From Eledone cirrhosa (lineage: Eukaryota), in NCBI GenBank assembly GCA_964016885.1, contig OZ024745.1, forward strand, positions 1,736,001-1,800,000: a DNA stretch of 64,000 nt, written 5' to 3'. Positions 26,399-38,911 of the stretch are shown here, piece by piece. The notes under the pieces were generated by a model. The model saw only the letters and a program-made list of their open reading frames with translations, did no database searches and had not been told where the DNA came from. A program made the translations under genes and the position numbers. The stretch's first letter is position 1, and the number at the start of each line of letters is the position of its first letter.

Positions 26399-28245
26399 GC
26401 TGCCTATTATGCAGTTGGATAGGTTCCTGTTTTTGTTGCACTCACTAATTCAGCTGAGGAGGTCCTCTGTACTGTCACATACATCTGGGGACATCTTGAT
26501 TATGGGGCGTATAACCATTGAGAGGAAGTAGGAGATCCTGTAGTTACTAGCTATATTAGCTCCGCATACGGGTCTTGTTGGTGGTCCTGTTGTCGAGTCG
26601 TCGACTGTCTTGTGGTCTTTGCGGAGCCCATACAAGGGTGGTATGCCATTGTTAGACGCCTGGAAGTTGTTAGACGTCTGCTTGGCTTTAGGATGTCAGT
26701 CCACATCATCATGTGAGCGTTGGGGATTTTCTCTCTCCCATCGTGTGTTTGTTGTGCAATTTCGCTCGTGTTGGTGATGTGGGGTTGCATAGCCTTGATG
26801 TAGTTCGGCATGCTATCTATTGATATCCTACCAGACTTGTCCGTGGGTAGACATACTACCTCACCATCCCTTGTGCGCTGCTTGAGGCTAATCAAGCCTT
26901 CTACAGGTTTCCTCCCAAGTTGTTGGGCCTCTGGTCTGCTCTGTCTCTCAGTATACCTGTCTACTATTTGTCTAATCTTATTTCTAGCTATGGTGAACTG
27001 TGCCTCTGTCTCGTCATCTATTTGTTGTGGTATGCAAACTCTTTTATTAAAGGGTAACCTCGTAGGATAGATATTACCCATCTTATATGTTTTGTCAGCT
27101 GAGTTGAAAAATAGTTTCTCTAAGGGGTTGTCATTATATCTATCGTCATAGTTGTGTGTGTTGCTATTATTGTTATCATGGTGGTTGTTGTTGTTCCTAT
27201 CATTAGCATTATTATTATTGTTATGATTGCTAGATGTATTGTTGTTTACTTCACCGTTATTGTTGTTGTTACTGTTATTTCTACCATTGTGGTTGTTACT
27301 TTTATTATGTTTCTTGTTTTTGTTGTGTCTATCATTAATGTTGCTACATGTATTATTTCCATTATTACCACTGTGGTTATTGTTGTTGTTGTTCGTATTG
27401 TTACCGTTATTACTACTGTGGTCGCTGCTGCTGTGTCTGTGGTTAACGTTTCTATTATTATTATTATTGTGGTTGTTGTTGTTCTGTCTATCGTTAGTAT
27501 TATTACCATTATTACTATTTCTCACTTTCCTGCTATTGTTATTGTTATGGCTGTTATTTCTGTACTCAGAGTTATTGTTTATATTACTACTACCGTTATT
27601 ATTGTTGTTGTTGTTGTTGTTGTTGTTTACCTTTGCATTCCAACGTATTTTTGTGAAACACTTTTCCAGCTCCGTTTTGCACTCAATAGGGTTAATCTTT
27701 TTGTAGATGGCAAATTTTGGTGGTAGCTGCAGGATTTGTTGTTCTTGTTCACTGATTAAAGTGTTCCCATAAATATTTACTGTGTGGTCATTGGTAAATT
27801 CTTCCGGTAGTTTTACATCAGTCATACGGATATTGTTGATGTTATCTGGGTATTTTTGAGAATATTCTATTTTCCCTTCTTGTAGTTTTTTCTTATTCAT
27901 CCATTCTAATTTCTTATTGAAATGCCTATTGCATTCGTTTCGGGCGTATTTCGTTTCACGTCGGATGACGCTCATGAAGTTATCCCTCTCGTTTGGTGTG
28001 GTGAGATTTCGGACTTCCTTACCGTTAATGCGTTTCTGTCTGTAAAGTTCGTTGACTTTTGTGTATGTTGTTCTTTTCATATTAACTGTTATTGTGTGTT
28101 TTAGTCGTTCAGCTTGTGTTTTGTTCAATAATAAATTATTTACTTGTTTTGATATGTTTGTTGTGTATATTTTGGAGGAAACACAGTGTTTTAAGAAGCG
28201 AATTAAGCCGTAGTGTCCAGCAACCATCGTTGCTAGTTTGTTCAC
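26399..28245 (-). pseudogene. PLE A N-terminal region (Asn-rich insert, frameshift, in-frame TGA)
   Basis: IRFLKHC, LQLPPKFA, PTDKSGR, then YGLRKDHK...RPV in another frame (26450-26635). A TGA at 26450-26452 is in frame with the RT ORF. Confidence 0.8.
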
Positions 28246-28499
28246 TGGCAGGAAGGTATACGTTGCTGACGATAGCTAATAAGCTTGAAACTAGTACAGT
28301 GTTCCTTTGTCAGTGTTGAACAAATGAGCAACGATGGTTGCTGGACACTACGGCTTAATACGGGATGTTTGTTTACAAACACACCGAGCATTATAATAAA
28401 TATTCGGTGAATCCATACGTACATATATATATATGTGTGCATGTATGTATATATATACTACAGTACGTATGTATACATATATGTATGTACGTATACATA

Positions 28500-28549
<50 letters not shown>

Positions 28550-28553
<4 letters not shown>

Positions 28554-28938
28554 TAAACGGAATAGAAAATGCTGACAAATTGTTCACAGTTGAAAAATCC
28601 TTTAATTAGGAATAAAAGAGTATTAGTGATTGTATGGGTTAGTATTCAGTTGTCGTTTTAAGTTTTTAAGTTTTTACCGGTTGCGCATTTCTAAATGCTT
28701 TTCAAAAATAATTTTGAGATAGAGTGTCCGTGTTGTTTGCTCTGATCTGATTAGTTTTGGGAATTCTACCTGTTTTTATGTTAAAAAAGTGGCTCCAGCG
28801 TTACTTTGGTGTTGCAAAAATTCTTGTGGTCAAAACAATTTTGATTGGTCGGTAGAGGTCATGTGAATGTAAAAAATTGATTAAGAATTTTTGCAAACAC
28901 CAAATAGCGCTGGAGCCACTTTTTTAACATAAAAACAG
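28550..28938 (-). mobile_element. Probable terminal fragment of another PLE with a decayed HHR and a 5' inverted duplication
   Basis: Minus strand TTGAAAA-GCATTT-AG-AAATGC-GCAA-CCGGTA (three core mismatches) at 28671-28710; inverted repeat 28770-28825 vs 28883-28938; ends at (TA)n. Confidence 0.45.
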
Positions 28939-28939
28939 T

Positions 28940-30363
28940 CTTACCTGATACTCAAAAACTCAGCAATGTCCAGTAGTGCTAAGTTTAATATTCTGATCGC
29001 AGATTTGGTACGAGTGATGAAGAATGTGTCCAGCATGTGCGACCCAACAGAAATGGAAAGACACATCCAACACTTCATCAACCGCATGCAGTTCTCTGGC
29101 TACAACCAAAGAGACAGAGTCAGAGTATACGAAGGAGCCATGGAAAAGTATAAGACCCTCATAGAACTGGACATGAAAGGAATTTGCCCACTATACAGGA
29201 GCAAATCATGGAATAGCTTAGATAGGGCTAGACATAAGATAGGGAAGGCCACATCATGGTACGACAACCAGAGATATCAGAGTGTCATGTTTGTGGACGC
29301 CACCCCTGGAGGGAAATTAGCTAACCAGTGTAGAAAGGCCCTGAGAAAGACCCACTTAAAAATAAAGGTGGTAGAAAAGCCAGGAACCACCATAAAATCC
29401 CTGATCAGCAAAACCTACCCTTTTAAGAAAACCCACTGTACCAATAGGAAATGTATCATATGTAAGGTGAACCCCCGGATAAACTGTAAAACTAGAAACG
29501 TAGTCTATAGCATAAGATGTACAGAGGGTACTTGCAGAAACATGACAACAACATACATAGGTGAGACAGCTCGTAGCATAGGTGAAAGGATAGACCAACA
29601 CTGGGGGGAACTAAAAGGACGAAAAAACGGGTCAGTACTATACGAACATGCTAGACAACAACATGACGGTAACATAGACAACATAGAAATTAGAATAATA
29701 TCTAAACATAGGAATGACCCAGCAGATAGGCAAATCAGAGAGGCCAGTGAAATAGAAATTAGAAGACCAAAGCTAAACAGAAAGAATGAGTGGAACAACA
29801 ACAACACCCAAACAAACAACACTGACCTAAGAGAAGTATAAATAAGTAAATAAAATAAAATAAAATAAGATAAATAAATACATACACAAGCACAATAACA
29901 ACAAGCACATAAACACACACTAGTCACCCAACAGACACAACACTATACACACTAGTCACACAGCACACATAACACTATACACACACGCAAACGCATGCGC
30001 AAAGAAGACAAAATAAAATAAACAAACAAGCAAATAAATAAATTAATATATAGACAGACTGAATAAAAAATGGCGTAGACATACAACACAACAGGAGGAA
30101 AAAAAAAAATATATAACACCACTGACGATGTTGCAGATGTGCAACGAAAGATTTATGTAAATTATGTAAACTATATATATGTGTTTGTGTCTATATTGTA
30201 TCTGTATTATTTTTGACCGTCGGTCAGTCAATGGCAACATTGAGGACCGAGTAAGTTAGATCGCAGATATAAAAGACAGCGAGAAGCGAAAACCAACCAA
30301 ACAGTGAGTGTGTTCTGTTATTAATTCTGGCAATATTACGCAAATATGACCCTCCCTAAGTAT

Positions 30364-30370
<7 letters not shown>
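28940..30370 (+). mobile_element. 5'-truncated inverted copy of PLE A (thumb, GIY-YIG, 3' region)
   Basis: ORF 28966-29841 is nearly identical to the C-terminal 291 aa of 24725-26398. The 3' region matches 24390-24720 and ends in (TA)n. Confidence 0.92.
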
Positions 30371-30455
<85 letters not shown>

Positions 30456-30942
30456 GTAAATAAGACCGTTATTGCTCCAATCAGTTTGCAAGACACTGAG
30501 CAAACAAAACAACGCCAGCCTGCACTCATGACTCCTGCTAAATCAACCTGCATCACACCCTCCAAATTCGGCAAGCCGAACACGGACCGCAACAGGTAGA
30601 AAATGTCGAAGACAGACATTATCCAACTGCAACTGTCATATTATGTAGTTTCTATATAGTAAAGCTATTACTATCTGCTGCGACTACAGCCCTATTACGC
30701 AATAAGCCGTGTTCCATCTTCTGTTGTCTCTCAACTTTAAACTCCCAAACTATCCACCAAGAAGACGTGATGTCACACAACGGGAACACAACATGAAAAA
30801 ACAAAAATTTCCCAAGCCATTAAAGAAATAAACGAAAAGAATATATGTGATGATTTCTTAAGAATGAATCTAGTACTGTTGAAGTCATTTCTATAATAAA
30901 ATAAACAGGCCTATACTCTACTAACGTATTGAGTACATTTTA

Positions 30943-30980
<38 letters not shown>

Positions 30981-31296
30981 CGTAATCCTGGTATGTGTAT
31001 ATGCATTTTTTCTTCTAACTTTAATTTTATACCTAATTGTGTATGGTTGACGATATATTTAATCGATTTCCACGTGCTATTGAAATTCTGGGTAAATACT
31101 CTATAGCTGTTGATCGCGAATAGATGGCTGTTGATCGCGAATAGATGGCTGTCGTTTATTTATCTATTATTTCTTCACAGGTGCCTTTTAATCTTATAGC
31201 CTGGTTTAATTGGTTTTTTTGTGTGGTTGATTATGGTAATTGGGAGAGGAAATGGAGTATATATCCTATCAAATGATTCTATGGACATAATTTATA

Positions 31297-31393
<97 letters not shown>

Positions 31394-31395
31394 AT

Positions 31396-31570
31396 TCATT
31401 TTATTAAGGCTAAATAGTGGAGTTTCACCTGTTTATCACCTGGTCTGTGATAAACAAGCGAAATTCCAGTGTAACAAGACCCACTATTTAGCCGTAATAA
31501 AATAAATATGTAAACTCTACTTCGGTATTGTGTACTCTTTTCTCTCAGCCGTAAACTACATACGTAATTA
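31396..31570. repeat. Fold-back element, same family as 24106-24270
   Basis: GGAGTTTCACCTGTTTATCAC...GTGATAAACAAGCGAAATTCC inverted arms; shares the TTTCTCTCAGCCGT tail; flanked by (TA)n. Confidence 0.7.
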
Positions 31571-32017
31571 TATATATATGAATGTATATACAGTGTATTT
31601 TGCAATACACTGTATGCTTAATGAAAAGCATTTTGAAGACCTTACGATATTGTTTTAAAATAGTGACTATGTCACTTACTTCTTTTTTCAACAAACAAAG
31701 GGAGATAAGCTGACAGATCTCTGTTTCATACTGTTGGTATTCCTCAGAGCTTAGTACTCCCCTTGTCTGTTGAAAATTATGAATGTTGGATTCTTATAGA
31801 ATTCCAGTAATAATCAGGAACTGATTATACAGAGCGATTGTCGGTCCAGCAAAAATTGAAAATTAGAATTGGTCCTCTGAAATAAGAAGTAAGTGACATA
31901 GTCTAAAACAATAGCGTAAGGTCTTCAACATGCTTTTAATTAAGCATACAGTGTATTGCAAAATACACTGTATATACATCCATATATATATCGCTATTTC
32001 AGAGCACCAATTCTAAT
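31571..32017 (-). mobile_element. Retrozyme-like HHR element (~320-nt unit on minus strand plus inverted copy of its tail)
   Basis: Contains a canonical HHR. 31575-31682 is inverted at 31886-31990, and 31995-32017 is the reverse complement of 31862-31884 (22/23). Confidence 0.65.
31685..31776 (-). ncRNA. Canonical type I hammerhead ribozyme
   Basis: TTTTCAACAGACAAGGGGAGTACTAAGCT-CTGAGGA-ATAC-CAACA-GTAT-GAAACAG-AGAT-CTGTC-AGCTTATCTCCCTTTGTTTGTTGAAAA: complete core, GUC site, all three helices pair, long helix I with an internal loop. Confidence 0.88.
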
Positions 32018-32051
32018 ATATATATATATATATGCATGTATAGATTCACAA

Positions 32052-32176
<125 letters not shown>

Positions 32177-32599
32177 CATGTATTCACAAACATATACATA
32201 TATATATATATATGTGTGTGTGAGTGTATTTACATATTACATACTTAAATGCATATATTTTATGTATAGTAGTTGAAAATTTATAAATATTTCATCAAAT
32301 TTCCCCGATTTTTTGCTTCAGGTAATGGCGTTCTTATGCAAACAAATACATAAAACATTCACATTCGTTTCTCCTTCCTACTCCCCTCCCCCTTTCTCTA
32401 AATGTTTCCTCTTCCTTTTATTCTCTCTCTCAACTCTCACTCTCTCATTCTTTCCCCTGCCCTGCTCTCTCCCCCTCTCTCTCAACTCTCACACTCTCAC
32501 TCTCATGTCTATATAAACAACACTATATGTCTATTGTGTATACCATTGATACTTCAAATATATCAGCAATATATGTCCTACCAACAAATACATATGCAG

Positions 32600-32878
32600 C
32601 ATCTCTCTAACTATCTCTATATATCTCTATCTATCTCTCTATCTCTCTGTCTCTCTATCTCTCTAACTATCTCTCTATCTCTATATATCTCTATCTATCT
32701 CTCTATCTCTCTATCTCTCTAACTATCTCTCTAACTATCTCTCTATCTCTATATATCTCTATCTATCTCTCTATCTCTCTATCTCTCTATCTCTCTAACT
32801 ATCTCTCTATCTCTCTATCTCTCTAACTATCTCTCTATCTCTATATATCTCTATCTATCTCTCTATCTCTCTATCTCT
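32600..32878. repeat. (TCTA)/(TC) derived microsatellite
   Basis: Direct reading. Confidence 0.9.
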
Positions 32879-33015
32879 CGTCTCCCCCTATTGGGGAAAA
32901 TCGACTAATTTTTAAATTGCATTTGTGATAGTATTTTACACGTTTTTATTGTATGTAAACTTCCCCCTTTGTATTTGTCCCCTTCTTTTGCGCCCCTGTG
33001 GCTAATAAAGAAACA
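32879..33015 (+). mobile_element. Extremely 5'-truncated Tx1-like LINE (3' UTR only)
   Basis: Near-identical to 39529-39663; ends AATAAAGAAA then (TCTA)n. Confidence 0.85.
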
Positions 33016-33049
<34 letters not shown>

Positions 33050-33270
33050 CCTATCTATCTATCTATCTTGATAGAGTAAGACACGCTTCGCATCGGCTCC
33101 GCTATTCCATCGGGATTTACCCTTACTATTGTAAGTACCGGATAAATTTTTTAGTGCAACACATTTGGAACACTAACCCCTGTTATTTAGGGAAACATTT
33201 TTGCATTTACCCCCTTTTTAGGGGGTAAAATAAATATCTATTTTTGCCGAAAAATTTCTTTCTTGGCAGC

Positions 33271-35107
33271 ATGGCGGAAAAGATGGCAGACATGTCTGCC
33301 ATTAGCTCTGCCACGCCCCCCAAGTCTGAAGAACAAAAAATAATTACAACAAAATTAGACATTGAAACAAACAAACAAAATGAAAAAACAAATGTTAAGG
33401 AAAATGAGCAAACAGAAAACAAACAAACAGAAAATAATACAAATAACGACAGGGCAACTTTCGCCCAGAAAACAAAGCAATCCATTACATACACACCAAT
33501 TGACCTAACTGCCGCCAGAGAAAAACTGGCCGAAGCAAAGAAACATATTGTTTTGGGGGAGAACGGAATGTTTTCCATTAACTCCCCCCCAGAATTCAAG
33601 AAAGCCAGAGCAGAAAACACAGTTATATACAGAACTATACTAAACCAGTCAAGAAAGCCAGCACAGCCCAGCCAAATGGAAATAGAGTTAGTCCTAAAAG
33701 ACTATATGAAGAATATTCTCTTCATACGAAAGGACCGACTCTATGGCAGCATTTCGGTCCTAACAAGAGACAAAGAAACGGCGGTTCAGCTTTCCCTAAG
33801 CCCACTCTCGTCGACAACATATAGCTTCTATCCCTCCTACATGGGTAGAAGAACACAGAGAATAAAAGTAAAAACAATGCTGCCCACAATGGACTTCTGG
33901 TGGGCTATTGCTGGCTTCATTGATATGGGCGAAGACACTATGCTGTCAATGGGGAAGGCAACTGGAGATGCGTTCCTGGGAATGGGCCTCGACATACTAG
34001 TCCAAATGAGGCCCGAAAGAATAGCACAAATCCCGGATCGCATCTGGCTGGATGACCTTACCCCAATAGACATAATTGTAGAGGGGAGAAGACCAGCATG
34101 CTATTTATGCATGGAAAGGGGACACGTTAAGGCTAACTGCCCGAAACGTATCCCCCAAAAAGGACTATTGCCCACACCCACCACAAACAGTACACCAGCA
34201 CCACCCACCTCCAAAAATACACTAATACCACACACAGCAAACAAAATACAGACACCACCAACCACAAACACAACACAAACATCACCACCACCAGCACCAA
34301 ACACAAGCACGACACAAAAATCACCACCACCAACCACAACACAAACATCACCACCACCATTACCAACCACAAGCACGACACAAACATTACCACCACCACC
34401 ACCACAAAACCCATTCCAAACAAATAATAAAAAAAACAGTAACAAATCTACCCCTCCCGCAAAAAAAAAACAACCACACAACACGTCCCTCCCACCTAGC
34501 GCTGAAGAGTTTCCCCCAACTTCTGAAGAAGAAGGAGGAGAAGCCTTCAGACAAGTTAAAAGAAAAAAAAGAAAACACACACCCAGCACACCACAAATAA
34601 CCCACACACAAACACCAACTCCAATCAAAAACACCCCACCCTCAACAAACAAAAATAAATCTGCGCCTCCCCTCTCCGAAACATTGACAGCATCACAAAA
34701 AAAGACGTTGCAATATACATATATAAATAAAGAAAACAAAAAACTGGTTAAATTAATAAACAATAACCCTATGGTGCAGACCGAAGGGCCAAACTTTATC
34801 TCAACAGAGAACTTCACCCATTTAAAAATGATAAAGGTCCCTCTGGACCTTTATCGTTCCTTAAAAGAACAATTTAGACGGGACGTGAGCCCCCCCCTGT
34901 TTAAAACCGTTGAATCGCGTCCTCTTGAAAGATTTCCCCATAACCGCCCCTCTCCCTGACACAACTCCAAATACCCCAACCCCACCACACACGTGTACCC
35001 CCACACCACCACAAAACATCCCTCCACCCAACACACCTGATGCCATGGAAATTACGCAACCCGGAGAGGTAAGTGCTTTTCTTTCTTCACTTTCAACACC
35101 AAAATAG
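33271..35107 (+). CDS. Tx1-like ORF1 (CCHC zinc knuckle, Pro/Thr-rich tail); +1 frameshift in C-run near 34890
   Basis: CYLCMERGHVKANC knuckle; colinear with ORF 61576-63354, including the NRVLLK...MEI segment found in frame 34910-35107. Confidence 0.85.
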
Positions 35108-35112
35108 ATCAA

Positions 35113-38100
35113 TTGAGAGTTGGCTGTTTAAACGCGCGTGGCCTGAGCTCAGCTTGGAAGCAAGCAAAGCTTCTAAGTGACCTCAGGTCACAAAGTATAG
35201 ATGTGATGGTTGTTTGCGAGAGTCGGATCAGCAGCGTGAGACAGCTGGCGCCCGCCTTCGATGACTTTGAGATGCACGCATCTCTCTGTCAACCCGGAGG
35301 CGGGGGGGGGGGGGGGAGTTGCCGTACTGCTGGATAAACGTCTGACTCTCGACGTACAGATTGTTCACTCGGACCCGGGGGGTCGATTACTGGTGCTGGA
35401 CGTCGGAGGTGGTGAAGGCGGGGCTTTCAGACTGGTCGGTCTTTATGCTCCCTTCGGGGCGGAGAGAGCCGACTTCTTCCAACGTCTGGAGACTTTTCTA
35501 GGAACGTCGCGTTCCCTGCTTTTAGTGGGGGACTGGAATGGAATCCTAGATGCGCGTTGGGACTATGCAGGGGCATGTCCCGATAGAGGGGGGTGTAGCA
35601 GCCTCAAGGGGTTACTCGATCGATTCGACCTGGTCGATAGATTTCGACTAGATTGTCCAACTGCGCCAACCTGGACCTGGGCAAACCGCAGTGGACAATC
35701 TAGATCGTACCTAGATAGGTTTTTGGTTAGGAGTAAGGATAGGGACGTATTTAGTTGTCCAGAACTGATCATGGTTGGCTATTCAGATCACAAATTAGTG
35801 ACCTGCGTGGTCAACCTTGATAGAACGCATAGACAGGGTCCCGGTTACTGGAAGATGAACTTGTCCTTACCGACAAAGAAAGATTACAGAAACCGGATTA
35901 GTAGCTTAGTTAAGATGCGGTTGACGGGAGCGATCGTCAACAGTAGGTGGTGGATATCTCTAAAGAGAGAGATTAGAGTAAGTTCGATAGGTTACAGTAA
36001 GGAACTAGCGGCGAATAGAAATAGGAGGGAAAGGGAGTTAACAGATAAACTAGAAGAGGCGATTAGGAGCGGAGACGTAGCCAGAGTGTTAGCGACGAGA
36101 ACGGCATTGAGCCAGTTCTTTGACGCGAAGCACGAAGGCTGCGTTGTCCGAAGTAAAATACGTGCTTTAGGAAACGAGGGGACCAAAGCTGTTAGCTGGG
36201 CCCGCGTGACAGAAGCCAAGAGTGGGATTAAATCCACCATTCGGTCTTTGCGAGACCAGGATGGACGGGTGATCCTTGAACCTGAGCGAATGTGCGAGAC
36301 CTTTCAAAGGCACTTTGCTCGACTGTTCGGAGGTGGCGGGGGGCCGGACGGGGATGTGGACTTCGGTCCATACCTCGACGGTCTACCGCGTCTTTCGAGC
36401 GGCGAAGCGGAGTGCTGCGAAGGGCCAATCACAGCCACTGAAATCGGGGAAGCGCTCAGCCAATGCAGCAGACGCAAATCCCCGGGTCTCGATGGTCTAC
36501 CATACGAACTTTATTTAGCTATGCCGGTCTTGTTCTCCGAACTCCTCGAGGCTGTCTATTGCAACTGGCAACAGAACGGGAGAATTCCCTGTTCTGTGAC
36601 CAAGGGCGTGGTCACGCTAGTGAGGAAGGACGAGAGCAAGGGGGACGACTTAAATAACTTTAGGCCCATAACTCTGCTGAATGCAGAGTTACAGATTTTG
36701 GCCAAGGTGTTGGCGAAGAGGTTGGCGCTTGTGGTGGGTGGTTTGGTGGGAGACGCGCAGACATGCGCTATCCCGTCCAGGTCCATTCACGACAACCTCC
36801 ACCTCATGCGATACATCATAGAGAGGGTTGGCTACGAACCCGGCTTTGGTGGGGCCCTGATCAACTTGGATCAATCTAAGGCGTTCGATAGGGTCGACCA
36901 TGGTTACCTGGATGCGGTGCTAGCGGCGGCGGGCTTCGGACCCGTTTTCAGGGGCTGGATTTCTGCCATGCACAGTGGCAACATCTACTCTAGGATTAAA
37001 GTAAACGGCTACCTCTCGGAGCCGTTTCAAATCACCCGATCCATCAGACAGGGGTGCCCCCTCTCCTCCCTTCTGTACGTATTGACTCTCGAGCCACTGC
37101 TGCGGAAGTTGGAGTTGCTGCGGGGCATACCCCTGGAACCGGGATTGCACAAAGCGGTCTCGGCCTATGCCGACGACGTAACAGTAATGGTGGCGGACGC
37201 CTCGGAAATCGGGGCGATCGCCACCCTACTGGAGGAATACGAAAGGCTGACGGGGGCTAAGCTGAACCAGGACAAGTCAGTCGGTTTGCAACTCGGAACG
37301 TGGAGGGGCAAACCGATGCCGTTAGACGGTGTCGTCGGGCGGTGGACGGAGGGCCCGGTGAAGCTGCTCGGGGTCTGGTTCGGACCGGACCTCCAGGTGG
37401 AGAAGAATTGGGGCGAGGTGACGAGCAGGGTGTTTGCGCTGACCCAGAAGTGGGCCAAGTGCAAACTATCACTGAAAGGTCGGGCGGAGGTGACGAACGC
37501 TTACATAGCGTCCGTCATCTACTACCGCCTGACCGTCGTGCCTTGCCCCAAGGAAAAGCTCACCATCATGGAACGCATGCTCTTCCAGTTCCTCTGGAAG
37601 AAGCGGCCTCCCATGGTGAGGAGATCCATCTGCTGCCAGCACCCTTCGAAAGGAGGGCTGGGTATGCCGTGGCTGTTGATGCGTAGGCACGCATTGAGGC
37701 TACGGCATCTACAGGTATTCCTCAACGGTCAGCCGGTGTGGGCCCCGTTTGTGAGGCGAGCCTTCCCACAGCTCGTCTCGCTCACCGAACTGCAATCCTG
37801 GGTGAAGCAAAGACCGAGAAAACTGGGCAACTGGCACACTGAGTGTGCCCAGGCGCTCACGGCTATCTGGCAAGCGGACCCGACTGTCAGTGGAGAATCC
37901 ACCTCGACATTCTATAGAGGGTTGGTGGCTAGCAGGGGCGACGACACCCTTGGAGAGTCGCTAGGCATGGAGGAGGACGAACTGGCCAGCCTGTTCGGTA
38001 GAACTTTCGGCCCGGGACCCATGGACAACTTCCAGAGGTCCCTAGCCTGGCAGTGTTACCGGGGGGCTCTGCCCGTTCGAGAAAAGCTCTACAGACACGG

Positions 38101-38548
38101 GCGCCCGGGCAGGGATCCCGCGAAAAAGATCTGTCCCAGATGCGTGCGCGACGAGGAAACCGTTGCGCATGCACTGGTACACTGCCCGGGCGTTGCCGAT
38201 CTGTGGGGCTACGTCGAACGACTGCTGTCGCGTGTGGCGCCGATTCGATTAACCGCCGAGTCTGTGGTGAACATCAAGCCGCCTCCTCCCTTCAGAAATG
38301 AAGCAGAGGCGGTCTTTCTGTGCGTAATAGCCATGATGAAAGAGGTTGTGTGGTGGACGCGCCTGAAAGGTCTGAGGTCGGGTGACTTTCTCTCCGGCCA
38401 TCACCTGGTTTACTTCTTCCGATACCACTTCGGAAGAAGAATCAGGATGGAGAGAGAAGTGCTTGGTCCCAGACAGTTTTATGAAAGGTGGGTGAAAGAA
38501 GCGAGAATGGCCCGTGTAAATGGGCCTTCTCTCTACATTGTTCTGTAG
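35113..38548 (+). CDS. Tx1-like ORF2: APE endonuclease, reverse transcriptase, C-terminal zinc motif; frameshift in G-run at 35302-35316
   Basis: LNARGL, GDWN, YLDRF, SDHK (APE); SPGLDG, FRPITLLN, KAFDRVDH, QGCPLS, YADD (RT); CPRC...H...C. Confidence 0.92.
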
Positions 38549-38779
38549 GTGAAGAAGTGAAGAGGAAAGGGGGAGCGCCTCCTCTCTGGGCTTCCCCCGC
38601 GAAAAGAGTTGCACACTTTTCGGGGGTATGTGCAATCCCCAACACGCCCCCTCCCTTTTGAGGACTTTTTATTGTTATATTATTATTGTTATTCCTTTTT
38701 TCTTTACTCGATTTATGTAAACTCCCCCACTGTGTAAATGTCCCCTTCTTTTGTGCCCTCGTGGCAAATAAATAGAAAT

Positions 38780-38843
<64 letters not shown>

Positions 38844-38911
38844 ATGTACACACACACGTATATGTATCTATATATATCTATATATATCTATATCTATCTA
38901 TCTATCTATCT

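Larger units (their letters stand above)
24330..28360 (-). mobile_element. Penelope-like retroelement A, near full length, disrupted
   Basis: RT and GIY-YIG ORFs, HHR-like motif in the 3' region, short inverted duplication at the 5' end, TA-rich microsatellite at both flanks. Confidence 0.9.
33069..38779 (+). mobile_element. Full-length L1/Tx1-clade non-LTR retrotransposon
   Basis: 5' UTR, ORF1, ORF2 and 3' UTR with AATAAA; (TCTA)n on both sides. Confidence 0.93.

Noticed and set aside
26450-26452. In-frame TGA in PLE A as possible selenocysteine (known in some Naiad PLEs)
   Set aside because: Context EDLLS*I fits a CGA-to-TGA CpG mutation, the element also has a frameshift, and no SECIS was identified.
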